Source: Sphagnum compactum (Eukaryota). Taken from it: a DNA stretch of 64,000 nt. The notes under the pieces were generated by a model. That model made no database searches. It was not told where the DNA came from and worked only from the letters and a program-made list of their open reading frames with translations. Positions 28,111 through 42,009 of this stretch are shown here, piece by piece. The first letter of the stretch is position 1. Each line of letters starts with the position of its first letter. The translations under genes and the position numbers were made by a program. The DNA lies in contig OZ234493.1 in NCBI GenBank assembly GCA_965153455.1, positions 36,756,213 through 36,820,212 on the forward strand, in the 5' to 3' direction.

Positions 28111-28739
28111 TTAGTTCATGTAATATATGAATTATGATAATGGCGATCCTATTAATGCCCAACCTTCTTTGGGTATGCACTCTAAATCATTTCATCTCTT
28201 TTCATTTTTGATCTTTCAAGTCATTTCTTATATTATATGTTGAAAAATATTATGATATATGTTTTCTTTTGTTGGCACTGAGTTTTGTTTGTAGTTCGTT
28301 GTGTTTGTTCAAAGATTGCATGATAACATTTGCAGGTCTGAATGGGAGAAAGTAATGTTTGCCATTAGGATTCTTATTTCAAGATAACGTGAATATAATT
28401 ACATATTTGACCATGGACCATCACAAAAGGACAAAGTGAAGAGGAATTGACCTTACTCTTAAAATTTACATTGTTTTAGGGTTATTTACATTAGTTTATG
28501 ATAAGATTATAGTTGGCAATTAGGTTCAATTTGTATGTCACAAATATGTTTTATTTATTCCATTAATATTGGAATTTCTATTTTTTTCAGTTTCGTTTGC
28601 AATAAGAGTTAACAACAAGTTGGGCACTAACTTAGTTCAAACTTCTAATTGTATTTTAAATTTTCAATAAACTCTATTGATTTATGTTGATTCTATTATG
28701 ATAATCATTGCATCTTATTTTTGGTTGTGGTCAAAAACC

Positions 28740-29180
28740 TAGTGGCCACAAGGTGTAATTTGATGATGGATGTAAAGATGCATTTTGCTATTTGTTTTAG
28801 ATTTTTTGTTTTGGTTAAAATCTATTGGCCACAAGGTGTAATTTAATAATGGATGTAAAGATGCATTTTATTATTTGTTCTAAAATTCTTCTATGGTTAA
28901 AATTTGGTGGCCACAAGGCATAATTTGATGATGGATGTAAAGATGCAATTTGCTACTTGTTCTAAATTTTTTACTAGGGTTAGGATTTGGTGGCCACAAG
29001 GGGTGTAATTTCATGATGGATGTAAAGCTATATTTCATTACTTATTCTAGAATTTTTCTATGGTTAAAATTTAGTGGCCACAAGGCGTAATTTGATGATG
29101 GTTGTAAATGCATTTTGCTATTTATTCTTTTGTTTTTTGCTGACTTAGATTTAATGGCCACAAGGTGTAATTTGGATGCT
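28740..29180. repeat. ~83-bp tandem repeat, 5-6 copies
   Basis: TGGCCACAAGGTGTAATTTGATGATGGATGTAAAGATGCA recurs near 28743, 28826, 28908, 28992, 29075 and 29155. Confidence 0.9.
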
Positions 29181-29517
29181 CGACCTATATGTTTTTTGTT
29201 GTTTTCTTGAAATCTTTTACTGCGGTGAACAACTTGGTGGCCACTAAATCATATTTGTAATTAAAAGTCACATTGTTTGCATAATGTAAATCATGTGTTG
29301 GTATTTTTAGACTTTTTTAAAGTCTAGAATTAATTAAATATGTGTTCATGGTAAAAAAAAATAACGCTAAACCAAAAAATCTAATCATACCCCCTCCTTT
29401 TCATAGTAAAAAAAACTTGGAATTCTTAGGTGGTGGGGTTACATCCCCCATGTGTGTAGAACATATTATTTTTCTTCATTATGCATGTGTGTGTGTGTGT
29501 GTGTTTGTGTGTGTGTG

Positions 29518-30418
29518 TGATGCACCCCTAAACTCCTTGATAGATTCAATTGCAAGTCCAAAGGTGAAAACAACGAAAGGATAAAAAGTTGAGTACGCTC
29601 CTTAATTCGCAGCACTTCGGGAGTAAAGGGGCATGTTGGAGCTCCGGGATGGGGACTAGGATGAGTGACAAGCGAATCAATTATTCACATTGACCTACAT
29701 AAACGAAACAACAAGTTGGTTAGTGCGTCGTTGCAACACTTTTGGTGCACAGACGAGCCACGGGCAAACACAGACTCACCACAGCTTGGATTTAGGGGAA
29801 GCCACCACCTTCCCCCCTTATAATATTCTTTGTGCCTGGTCACGAGGCCTGCACCCAAATGTCATTTTGTCCCAAGATTCCCAAATTGGGAGTCCCAAAA
29901 TTTTCGAAATCGAGACTCCCATGACTTTGGAGGCGCAAAACTTCTTATGCAAACCTCTGATTGAGGTGAGGTTTAAAGCAAAGTTATATCCCTTGTCGAG
30001 AATTGGTACATATCACGCCACCTGCATGCAAGTAAATCAGGGTGATTTTTGACTTTTAGTGGTTGGGAGTCAAATTAACAGTTTGACTCCTAGCTTTTCT
30101 TTTGGTCATAATTTATGTTTTAAGTACCCAAATGGGTCATGTAAACCCATTTTAGAATCTACGTTACAATAGCTTTGTAATTGTATAAGGAAATATTTAA
30201 TTCAAGAAGTTTTGACCTTTGTAATCGCCCTTTAAAAATTCGGGAGTCCATTGGGACTCTAATTCCTAAAGTGGGAACCCACTTGGGAATGTGTGAATTC
30301 ATTCCCTCACACTCTCCTACACTCCCAAAAGCATGAAATGTGACTCCCGGGCTTCACTTTTGGCCTTCACCTTTGCAAGCCCTTACTTTTGTCGCAAGCC
30401 CAAGGCTAGGGTTGCAAA
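29518..30418 (-). mobile_element. Old solo LTR of the local gypsy family, inserted in a (GT)n microsatellite
   Basis: TGATGCACCCC...GGCTAGGGTTGCAA ends, similar to the 43386-44384 LTR. GT repeats on both flanks. Confidence 0.8.
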
Positions 30419-30949
30419 TGTGTGTGTGTGTGATTTTTTGAGGTCCATGTACACCTAAAAACCATGATCAAGGTGTGCTTATTGGTGGGAGGGAAAAGAA
30501 AGGGGGGAAAAAAATGAGAATGTGCTTGAGAAGAGAGCAAAAGAAAAACTAAAACATTTGTAATTTTTTTGTTCATGTACACCTTTAAACCCAATAAAAA
30601 GGTTTGGGTACTTGTTGGGGTGGGGGAGAAAATAAAATAAAACGGAGAATATGTGTTGATAGGGAAACCAAAAGAAAAATAAAAACAAATTATTTTTTTG
30701 GCCCATGTACATCCCGGAAACCCAAAAAGAAGATCAAGGTGCTTGCTTTGCTGGAGGAAAAAAAAAGTAGGCAAATAGTGCTTACAAAGGGTACATAATG
30801 TCAAAAACAAAAGTGATCCATTCCAACCCCCTTGAAAACAACCTCTCATTGCGGGGAAAAACAACCTTTTCACTAGGGGGGCGTTGCAAAAACAGCCTCC
30901 GGCCTCTTGCACTATGGCTGCAGTGCATGGATCATATATAGGTAACTAC

Positions 30950-31870
30950 ATCCACAGTGACCAGGTCATATGTAGAGAATAAAATAAAATTACAAATAGT
31001 AAAAAATAATAAAAATAATATTAAAAATATACGAGTAATAAAATGCAACAAAAAATGAAAAATGAAAAAAAACCGATAGAGTAAAAAATGGTAACAAAAT
31101 TTTTTACAAACAATACGAAAAATAACAAAAAAATGAAACCCCCCCCCCCCCCCCCCCTTCAAGAGTAAAGAAAAATGAAAAAAAAACCCATGCCCCCCTT
31201 CCCCCTTCAAAGGTAAACAAGAGTAACAAAAAACTTCCAAATAATAAAAAAACAACAAAAAATAAAAAAATAAAACCCATGTCCTCGTCCCTGAGCTTCA
31301 AAAGTACAAACAAATAATAAAAAGTGCAAAAAAAACCCATGCCCCCCTCCCCTCTTCAAGAATAAATAAAAATAACAAAAAATTAACAAATAGTTTTTAA
31401 AATAACAAAAAATGAAAAAATAAAACCCACGCCCCCCTCATTCTTCAAAAATAAAATATAAGCAACAAAAAGTGAAAAAAAAGCATGCCCCTTTTCGTCT
31501 TCAAAAATAAACAAAAGTAACAAAAAACTTACAAATAATTTTAAAAAAAAAAAAGTGAAAAAATAAAACTCGCGCCCTTCTCCCCGCTCCACCACACGAA
31601 TAGTTGGACAATCCACATTTAATGGATTGTTCACACTTTTTTTAACACATTCCTCCCTTTTGCTCACCCACTTTCCTTCAAAACAAAAGATAAAACAAAA
31701 ATCTTCCCATCCCCCCACCCAAATAATTCGATAATCCACATTCAATGGACCATCCACACTTTTTAAAAGGCAACTACACTCGCAGTGACTAGGTCATATG
31801 TAAAGAATAAAATAAAATTACAAACGGTAAAAAAATATAGACAATTAGAAAATAACAAAAATGAAAAAGG
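30950..31870. repeat. A-rich low-complexity array bounded by direct repeats
   Basis: Recurring AAAACCCATGCCCCC..CTTCAA units. CAGTGAC(C/T)AGGTCATATGTA(G/A)AGAATAAAATAAAATTACAAA occurs at ~30955 and ~31783. Confidence 0.7.
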
Positions 31871-34486
31871 TTTTGAAAAATTACCTCCCATTACATTTGG
31901 TTTTTTGGGTCAAAATTGTCTATTACATGTGTCCTTGGAAGTACAGTGGCAAGATCATATGTATAGGATAGTGAAGTCGACTATGATCTGAATTAAAAAA
32001 TGCAAGAAAATACTTAGCATCATGACTTCGAATGTGGCCACAACTTTGCCTTAACTCCACAAAGATGACATATCTATGTCACTGAAGATGTATGTGTGGC
32101 TAAACAATAGACATAAGATTAGGAGGAAGGTAAAAAGGGAGTGTTAGTTAACTTTAGGATGGCAGTTACCACTATTTTACACATTAGGGAGAAAATGAAA
32201 AAAATGACTACCTCCAAGTGTGGCCCCACCCTTAGAAGTAATTGACATAGAAGGGGATATCACGACAATAACTTGGTTTGAGTTTGAAAACAGTAAATCA
32301 TGTATCAACCCAAAAAGGTCAAACAATCATGATGTTTCTCTTTTTCAAAATTCAATGTAATAACGTTTTGTTGTTAATTACTTAACTGATTTTTTGTTTA
32401 ATTTTTTTGTGAAAATTTTAGGAGAATGTGGTTCTCTATTTATTATTTATTATATTTTTAAACTAGAAAATTTTGTTAAATTCTTAGTACCCTTGCAAAA
32501 TAGCAGTTTGGCATAAATTAAATTATTTTTTGGAGGTGCCAAAATTTAATTATAAGATTATCTCCCTAAGAAACTTTTTTGTGAAGGAACATGAACAATC
32601 TTTCGCCACATTGGATGTGTTCAACTGTATTTGTTCAAATTAACTAACGACTCAGCACAACAGTGTGCCAAAAGACGACAAAACCAAGGGTTTTCTTACA
32701 TTGTTCACACAAAACTGAAAAAACCCTTGAGTTTGTTGTCTTATTCATGCTTCATATTTTTTGGTTATCCTCCTTCTGTTGGAACTTCAAAAGGTATTAG
32801 TTTGCATCTAGTCATAAATGGGATGAATGTTAATACACGTTGTAGGATCTTGGCTAGTTCAACACTAATTATAGTATTTGTAGAACTGTTTGAATTTTCA
32901 AAAAATGTTTTCTTCAAAGGATGAAATTTTGTGAAGGAAGATTTGAACCTTCAAGAATATTCCATTCTTTGAGATGAATATTTCAAATTAATGAATTACT
33001 CAACATACATGTGTTGAAATGGCCAAGGTACTAGGGTGTTCTTGTTTTTTAATAAATATCATACAATTGTTGAATTAATAAATATACAAATTGGTTAAAA
33101 AATGAAAAAGAAAATTTGAATTACATTTTCTAATTCATTTTTTATTTCACTAATTATGATAATATTGTGTGATGTAATTTTTCTTAAAGAATGTTTATAG
33201 AATTCACTTCATAAATGACAAACAAATACCTGATTTTTTGAAATAAAATAATCTTTATAAAGATATAGCCCTGACTTGGTTGTCCTTTTTCTTTGTGGGA
33301 CGTTGATTTCTCTCAATTTGGCGAGGTCAGAAAATTGGTGAATCACTTTTTCAAACTGCAAATTTAGTCAAATTCCACTTGAAAAACACATCTGTCCAAA
33401 TTAATTCTGCCAAATCCAGTATTAATTTAACATTACAATTTTTCATAGAAAGGCTGCTGTAAGTGATGACATACAAAGTGCCCAAGTGTAGATGTGGCTA
33501 ATTTAATTATTTTTATGTCAAAAATGGGCGAGAAAATCCCCTCACTATTGGGGGGGGGGCAAAATTTTTTTTGGTGGATACCCAATTAGAATGGCATATC
33601 AGAAGCAAAACCAAGTCTGATTTTCAAGCCAAAGACTAGAATTTAGACCCGGTTTTTGTTCAAAGAACTGCACCTAGAAAGCAAAGCTTGAGATATGAAT
33701 CAATGGTGAGGGAAACTGAAAACCCTAGGAAAAACTCTCAAGGTGGCCCGGGTGAACCGGCCCTAATGCTAGTTACCTTCACCTTCTTGAGTGAGGCCTC
33801 TTAGTGGCCTTAGGTAATTAACTATTAACCCAAGAAATGTTAAATTGAACTCAGAGACCTTGAACTTATCTTAGGAGGGGATGCTTACCATGGTTAGAAG
33901 CAACCCAGAATAATTCAAGACTTTACCATGGTATGATACCAGTGTAGGTGCTGCTAGTTCACCCAAGGTCCACCCCCCATTCTCAGTCCCCCCCAACCTA
34001 AGGAAACGTTTTTCTGAAGGCTTTTCAGAGAGCATGTAATATTTATATTTCAAGTGTTCAATACAGTCCCCTTTTCAAAGTACCTAATTATGAATAAATA
34101 CCTCATTTTGAATGAACAAATTCTTTTTCTAGAAATGGGAAATGACCCTCAAGTGATGTTGATGATTGTGGAGAGTTGATTGTGGAAAGAAGGAATTCTA
34201 GAAGAATAGATGAAGTTGTTGTGCATGGTGTTTAGTGGAAGGAGAATAAGAAGTCATTGCTTTCGTGGTGGTGTGTGCTCAAGAAGAAAAGAAGAAGACG
34301 TTGTTTGGTGTTAAGTGGAAGAAAAATAAGAAGTGGTTGCTGTTGTGCTGGTGTTGGTGGCAGAAGAAGTTCTTATTCTTGTGTTTGTGGAAGAAGAAGA
34401 AGAAGAACATTTGTTGTTGTATTGTTGGCGGAAGAAGAAGTTGTGGTGGTGTTTGTCGGAAGGGTTGTTGTGGTGGAATTTGAGCA

Positions 34487-36138
34487 ATGGGGGAGGAGGA
34501 GGGGGAGGAGTGGCGGCGGAAGAAGAGTAACAATAAGGGAAAGAACATAGTGCCCATCAGTGTGCTGGTGCGTGTAGCTAGCGTTGAAGCCGGGGTGCGA
34601 TTCGGGAGTGCATTGTAGGTATTGTTGCTGACACCTTACGTGCAAGAGCTGGGCATGTCGTGTGCATGGGTAGGTCTCGTACTTTTGTGCGAACATGTGA
34701 CCGGCATGTTCATGCAGCCAATCATCGGGCATCATAGCGACGGTTGTACGAGTAAGTATGGGAGGAGACCCTCTTTCATTGTCGTGGCTGCCATTTCTGT
34801 AGTTGTGGTAGTTCTTACCATCAGTTTATCCACTGACTTGGGATTTCTTCTCGGGGATTCGCTCGTTGCTCGTCCTTGTGCTATCGTGATTTTTGCTCTT
34901 GGATTCTGGATTTTTGACGTTGCCAATAACGGTCTGCAAAGTCCTTGTCGAACTTTGCTTGCTGATTTCACTGGGAAGGACCAGAAGAGGACGCGAAGAG
35001 CCAACTCTTGTATTCCTTGTTCATGGGGCTCGACAATATTCTAGGATGCACGACTGGTGCATATGCCAGCCGGTAGAAGGTCTTTCCCTTCACTTTCACC
35101 ACTGCTTGCCACGTCGTGTGTGCCAATCATCGTCCGGCCTTCACCACATTTTTTTGCCATCATCGTCCTTGCCTTCACCACATTCTTGGGCATCATTGCA
35201 GCTTCTGAGATTCCTCACGTTCGTCTCCCCAGACACGACAACTGAAAAGACATGGGCCATTGGTCGCAGATCGTTAGTGTTCTTATGCACACCCTGAAGC
35301 TGCCCAGAGCACACCTACTGTATTTGGTGCGGTGCGGAATCCAGACGAAGAAGAAGAAGAACCGGTTGAACTGGAGTCGAAAACAATGCTTTTGGAGCTC
35401 CTGAAGGCGCTGCGGGATCTTCCTTGGCCTATGTGGTGCATTTTCCTTATTATGACGCTCACATGGCTGGCTACCTTCCCTATCCTTTTCTTTGGCACAG
35501 ACTGGATGGGGCGAGAAGTCTACATGGGCAGGCCGACGTCTTTAGATCTCACCAAACAATACTCCGACGAAGTGCACATGGGGTCCCTGGGGCTTGGGTT
35601 CCGTTCCATCGTGTTGGACCTTTTTTCGCTATGCATAGATTACCTTTGCGTAAAGCTTGGGTCTAAGTACGTCTGAGGGTTAGGCAACATGGTTATGGCA
35701 GCATGCTATGCAGCCACGGCGTTGATAACAGCGACAGCGAAGTGAACCGCAACAACGACGGCCGAAAATGAAGGCCCGGAACCTTTGGTAACATTCGCGG
35801 CGCTGGCAGTGTTATCACTCCTGGGAGTTTCTCTCGCGGTGACGTTTTCTGTGCCATTCTCTATGGGTGCAACTTTCATAGAAGAAGTTGGAGGTGGCCA
35901 AGGTGTGTCCATGGGGGCGTTGAATTTGTCTATTGCTCTCCCGCAACTCATTGTTTCCCTGGGAGCCGGACCTTTGGATGAGGTTTTTGGAGGTGGCAAC
36001 ATGCCTACGTTCTTATTTGGAGCTGGAGCTGCATTCTATGGAGGAGTAGCCGCAGTGCTACTTCTACCAATACTGCCACCATCGGACCCCCGAACCTTTA
36101 ACAAGTTGCTTCTCAGCTATAGTTCTCCCATCCCTTGA
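34487..36138 (+). pseudogene. SUT: Sucrose/H+ symporter (SUT/SUC, SUT4/type III-like) pseudogene, intronless
   Basis: VRVASVEAGVRFGSAL*VLLLTPYVQELG, QPIIGHHSD..SKYGRR, GFWIFDVANN..QSPCR, GKDQKRTRRAN, FGTDWMGREVY and GQGVSMGALNLSIALPQLIVSLGAGPLD..FGGGNMP. Stops at 34616, ~35074, 35674 and ~35742; frameshifts near 35010 and 35145. Confidence 0.92.
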
Positions 36139-38807
36139 CACTTTCACCGACACCTCCTTTCAACCTCCGAATTTTCTAAACTTAAATTGAAGTAAAACAT
36201 TGCATCAAACCTTATTAAAACCTTATACTTCCATCTTCTCCTTGAAAGTGATGGAAGAAGGATCATCTTCACCATCTCCTCATGACTCTGGATCCCACAC
36301 CTAGTCTTCTTCTGAAGCTTGCTCCATTCAGAAGCTGTGTTTTACCTTGACCGTCACTGATGAAGCTACCTTAACTACCTTTTCAACACTCTTCTTAACT
36401 CTTATTTGCACCATTAGTCATGACAAGTCACACTCTGGTCATGTTTTTATTGAGCCAAAAGACATAAGTGTGCATGATTGAATGCATCATTGGCCTCCCA
36501 TGTATATAAAACTCTAATGCCTCATCCATTCAAGTGAGGAATGCAGGACACAAACAACTTGGCCTTGCTTGTATCTTCAAGATCCTGTAGTTGCACATGA
36601 TTTTGAGAATCCCCCAACTTTGGGGCTATACAATATTATGCTCAGAAGCTTGCTGTTGACATTCTTGGTCTTCCTTATGCAAAAATGTTGGGTGAGATTT
36701 GAAACCTACACACACACACACACAATTGAAATCCAAAATCCTATTTTTGGGGATGGATGTCCAATCTTCAAACTTCATGACCTTTGGGTGAGACTGGAAC
36801 AAGAAGAATAGAAACAAGTTTCGTATTTGATCGTTTGGGTGATGGGAATAGTTTGGGAGTTGGGCTTGATATTTGTTGGATGATCATTATTGAGCAGTTA
36901 GTGTTGTATTTCTTTGCATCTGCAAGGGAGATCTGTGTCAGACTTCCAGAGATACCAAACATTTGTTTGATCTTTGTTGGAGAATCCACAGAGTAGGTGA
37001 TGGCAGGAGCCTTGCTGCAGCCGAGAATGCCCAGAGTCCACCATAAGAGGACTATTCAAAGGGTTGTCCTAGGCAGCCCTCGTAGGTGTTTTACAAATTG
37101 ATGAAAACAAAGTTTCAGGATATCTTTTTTAGCAAATTATTTCACTTCGTTTAAGTTGGTCTGGTTGACCAACCTGCTGCTAGGTGAAACACAACCTCCT
37201 TTATATGCTTCTATGCCAAAACACCAGCTCAAGTTCAACTCTCAATTATTATTTCCAAATACCCAATCCAAATATAGCGTATAATCAGATCCTAACCATA
37301 TTGGCACATGTTAAAGAGCTCCAATTATCCTTAGTGTGAAGATTTTTTGAGTCTCATCTACTAGTCAAAACTCTATTCCTTGTCATTGTTTACTAGTTTT
37401 TTTCCAGTGTTATAGCACTAACAATGGAAAATTAGAAGGAAACAGAAACTCTCTCGTGATTCAAATACTTGACCTCCATCTCAATGGCTTAGAGCACCTA
37501 CAATGAACAAATCAAATGTAGTAAAGGGGAAAAAAGGTCCCTGCAAGGAGGGCAGCTGGCAAGAAGCACTGATAAATCGTTATACTTTATGAGGATTTGT
37601 AATTGCAATGCCAATCATACACCAATGAAACTGCTCATAATCCACCACTTGAACTCCCTGCTCGTTTCCTGACCCAAAACCTGTCTCACATCAGAATTTC
37701 AATTTCATGCATTTCAAAATTATCTGAACGTGACCCCTGACTCCCTTCAAGAGATGACAATGATCTGTCTACTTCCACTAGGAAATTTGGTTCCCTGACT
37801 ATACCTTCACCTATTTGCAAACCAAACTCTCACACTAGTTAGAAGACTTGAAATAAGAACCATCAGCTTGTCAAGAGGGGTTGAAGCTACACTGAAATAA
37901 ACACTTAATCCTGTTTAAAATTTCAATGACTCAAATCGATCTATCAACATCCTGTGCACAGAGATGACAAACTTACAAAACCAGAAGATCATAATATTTT
38001 AAACCTTTGTGTGTTCCAAGAAACCAACATCATCTCCAATTTTGAAGAAACAGACAAACCTACAGTTGATTTGGGAAACCTGAAATAAAACAGACTTATC
38101 TCTAAAATATCAATCAAGTAGATTGACCTCAAGATGTGGATGACACCAATGGCACCCTATCACCAAATGTTCAGTCCATGATATTTCAAACTGTTGTCTT
38201 TCAACAAAGAGTATATAGTACATTTAGAAGCCAAATACAACATGTCTGTGAACATGGCCAGCTTAAATCCTTTTATGTAACAAAGATTTGAATTGCCCCT
38301 TCCACACATGGGCTGGCTCTGTTCAATTTGCTCAGTGTTCACATGATAGTTGCATGTCATGAATATTCCACACTTGATACAATGTCGGGTGGATTTTGGG
38401 TTCAAGGATCCATAATTGTTCTTCAGCTAGCAGGACATCTGACAGTCAGATTTCAGGTCTATTTACACAACAATGAATTCAGAATCTCAAGTGCTCCAAA
38501 TCTATTTGAGGTCACGCTAACATCCTAAAGTGCCCATTGTCCCAAAATCAACTGTTTGGAGGCTGGATTGCCAAGTAGATACATTGAACTGAAAATCTGA
38601 AAAAAAGAACTGAAAATTTGGAAAATTGGGTCCTGGAAAACGTTGTTTAAAGGCTGGACTGACAAGCAAAGTGTTAAACTGAAAATTTAATAAAAGAACT
38701 GAAAACTGGATATAGAAAAATTAGTACCGGGGTTGGACTAGGTTGAAGCACCCCACCACCCAATATCTTCTTGTAACATATTGCATGTTTTTAGCAAGTA
38801 TCAGATT

Positions 38808-39933
38808 TCACTCATTGAACCTCCTCCATGATGAATAATTTTCACCATCACTAACTGTAAGTCCAAACCCTTGCTGAGAGGTACTGTCACCCTCGATTTT
38901 TCCAACACCCAAATAGTACATCCTGAAGCTTCCACCTTCCATTGCCAAAACATAAGGAGTTCCCACCAGCACATTATCCCAGAAATCCTCTCCTGTCTAG
39001 GGCTTTAAAATTGGTCCTCTAGGTTTAATTCCACAGTTCTAATCTCTCTCCCAAATAATTCCATCATCAGAGATAGTAACCCAACAGCCAACTGGAACTT
39101 GAAATCTGAGCCTTCATAAAACATCACAAATCAGTCACCAATTTTAAGCACATGGCGGATAGAAACACCTCCCTCATCCCATGAGCCTGGGGCACCTGGT
39201 GATAGAATTTTACCACCCTTCACCCAATTCTCTCCATCTGTTGATATGGCTACACCTGGTGAAAACACCCAACTCTTGTTGGTCCTTTTGTCTCATGTGT
39301 GTGATAGGTCATAAACCATTTCCCATCTTCACCTCCTGATTACATACAGTACATGGTTATGACTTTGCATTTGCCTGACAATGAAGTTTAAGAGTTTGCC
39401 CACCTCATATGAGTCTCTAGGAAACCTGCCTCCCTTGCATAGGAGAAAAAAAAGTCTGCTTGAAAAGAACTTTCCAGAGGTCATCAGTGATTGGAAGAAG
39501 AGTCTTTGAGTATTTTTGTGTCATAGAAGGTATTCCAGCCCATACATAAATCAAAGTGGAATACTGTAATAACATAAAAGGAAGGGCCCTCAAACTATTC
39601 ACTTCAATGTCAAAACCAAGAGGTACCAGTATCATGGCTGTTGATTTCAAAGTTCGTCCAAACCCATTAGCACCCAAGGAATTTTCAGAGTTTTCGTGCA
39701 TGTGATGTGTCCCATGTTTTGATGAAGATCCAAACACATCAAAGAGTGCAAAAGGGTTTCACCACTATAGGAATGTAAGATCATATATACCTTTGGGTGG
39801 GATCACTTGTGGCCAGGAAACTCCATTCTTGTCCCAAGAGTCAGCATCTCCAAGTTCTAGAATTGGACCTTTTCGGTCTTCAAATGAGAGCCCACCTCTA
39901 GACATAGCTAGTCCCGGCTGCAACATCACACCC
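38808..39933 (-). pseudogene. Five-bladed beta-propeller glycosyl-hydrolase-like gene (arabinanase/levansucrase/invertase-like fold), last two exons, pseudogenised
   Basis: Hand translation. Exon 39933-39791 reads GVMLQPGLAMSRGGLSFEDRKGPILELGDADSWDKNGVSWPQVIPPK. A phase-compatible GT-AG intron follows. Exon 39335-38808 reads GEDGKWFMTYH..GVAISTDGENWVK..GSWDEGGVS..MFYEG..AISDDGIIWER..WDNVLVGTPYV..FRMYYLG..GFGLTVSDG..WRRFNE*. Three internal stops and two frameshifts. Confidence 0.8.
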
Positions 39934-42009
39934 CTACATCACCAAGCCGAGTCACAAAACATCAACACAAAAATCTCCAATTCATGCTCTGTAACCTGAA
40001 GCACTATGACTTTTGCCAGAAAACACGGTGACAATTGGCTTGTGCCTTGACATGAAGTGATATAACTTAAACCAAGATCCCATGCTTCTGCATCTTCTAT
40101 TCCACAAATTACCTTCTTCTAAAGATTGCAAATCAGCAACACATGGTGTACAAAATGTAAAAACAAACCTATTTGACTGTGGCAGATGTAAGCTTCCAAT
40201 TGTTGTGTTGTGGCTCTTCCCTTCCATACTGCAAACAGTGGCACACAACTTGAAACATTGCACCTTTAACTTCTCCATGTTGTTGTCAGCAGGGATCATC
40301 TGCACTTGAAATGAAAGATTAAGATCAGAAAAACAACACTATATCAAGCAGAGATTTTGTTCAAGCTAAACTTGGCACTGAATGCTACAACTGGAGGGAA
40401 CATTCAAAACTGGTCCTTAGGCTAGAAATGTCACTGCAAAAAAAAAGTAATCTGCCATGAATCAGATACATCAATTTCAGGCTGATCAACAACAGAATCA
40501 ACAACCTGTTAACAAAGAGAAATTGCTTGAGAAAAAAATTATTGTATATCTTTGAAAGATTCAATGGCATCCCAAGAAAACACAGTTTCAAAGCTCTCCT
40601 TTGAAATCCAAAATTTCCAAAATCCACACTTCTTATTAGAAAACATTTAAGTAGTGAGGGACCTCTCAAACCATTTGGAAATCATGGAAATCTGTGCACT
40701 AAATCTTGCAGAAACATGCATGAGAATTCTTCTGAATTCCACAAGCAATGAGGAGGTGAACTCTAGAAAAAAGAAGCATATGATTGATAGCTATCACATA
40801 GACTTGCTTGCCATAAATATTGATGAAGGAAGAAGAAAGACTGATTCTGCCATGCAGGACTTGCAAGGCCCAAGAATCTGATCCCATCCCACAAATTACC
40901 AGCTAGTTTACTGGAGACCCATGACATTCTTTTGAGAAAGATTCGAACATCAATTCAAGGTAGCACCCAACATGAAGTTGACCTTGATAATCAAAATCCA
41001 ACAACCACTTGATAACTCAAAGCAACAAAGCTTTTACTGACGCTTGATGCTGAAAAAGATGTTGCCGAATCTAGCCCAGAAGTAAAAGACTCCTTACAAC
41101 GATCCTCAAAAGCTCGACAATGGACCCAAAAAAAAAACACCCACCGGAAAGACTTACAAACAAAAATTGTTGGAAATTGCTTGCACTAAAATAAATGAGC
41201 TTGGCGAATTCCTAAAGCTTCTGGTTGATGATCCCAGATTGAGAGTCGAACGGATCTTGGGTATGTAGCAACAACTCTGAGCTTGAAGGACGGAAACGGT
41301 TTCAACAAAATAGATGGCTGAACGAGCCATAGCACCACTGCAATACCTTTCGTATTCCGTCGGACCGCACCATCCCCTTATTAGAGAACACAAAACCCAA
41401 ACCTTGGATCCTCGACTTGAGAAACCCAAAGAGAAAGTTTGTCTGAAAAGCCAATTGCTAAATAAATCTCCAAACAATTCCAAAGATGGACTGATGAATA
41501 ATGATGCGAAGAATCTGCGCCAAGTTCCAACAATCAAAGCAAACTAGGAATCGTATTCCGCACGCAATGTGGATGAGGCTATGTGCACATGTTTGGTAGA
41601 GTTTCATACTATTGGGCGGAAGATTTATGGGAGCTCATGAGTGTTGTCGCTCCAATTGTGTTCGTTTTTTCCTTTTTTGTGTAGGGTTTCTCCATTTTGC
41701 AGATGATAATGTCTATTGGGAAGCAATGTGTTCTTCTTCTTCATCGGTCCGAGAAGTGCAATTGTTTAGTGCAGCATGCAGCAGCCCTTGTTGTCTTGAG
41801 CTCCTGCATAAGAGGACCACCACCACCCATGGGGACGAAAAAGAAGAATGGTGGTCCTCAAGAGAAATCGAACAACCCCAACTATGCTCAACAACAACAA
41901 TTTTGCAATTATGTTGATCTTCTTTCCATAGCACAATGGATGGAAGAAATAGAGCCGGGCATCAACATAAGAGACCACCCTGGCCATTTTTGTCAACAGA
42001 AATCGGTTG

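Noticed and set aside
28740-29180. Repeat-spacer-like pattern
   Set aside because: The apparent spacers are homologous to each other, so this is an ordinary tandem repeat.
30406-31757. Phe-rich ORFs on the minus strand
   Set aside because: They are by-products of A-rich low-complexity sequence.
33830-33910. tRNA/SINE-like boxes on the minus strand; also GGATTCGAATCC near 54831
   Set aside because: The boxes are weak, with no cloverleaf, tail or TSD.
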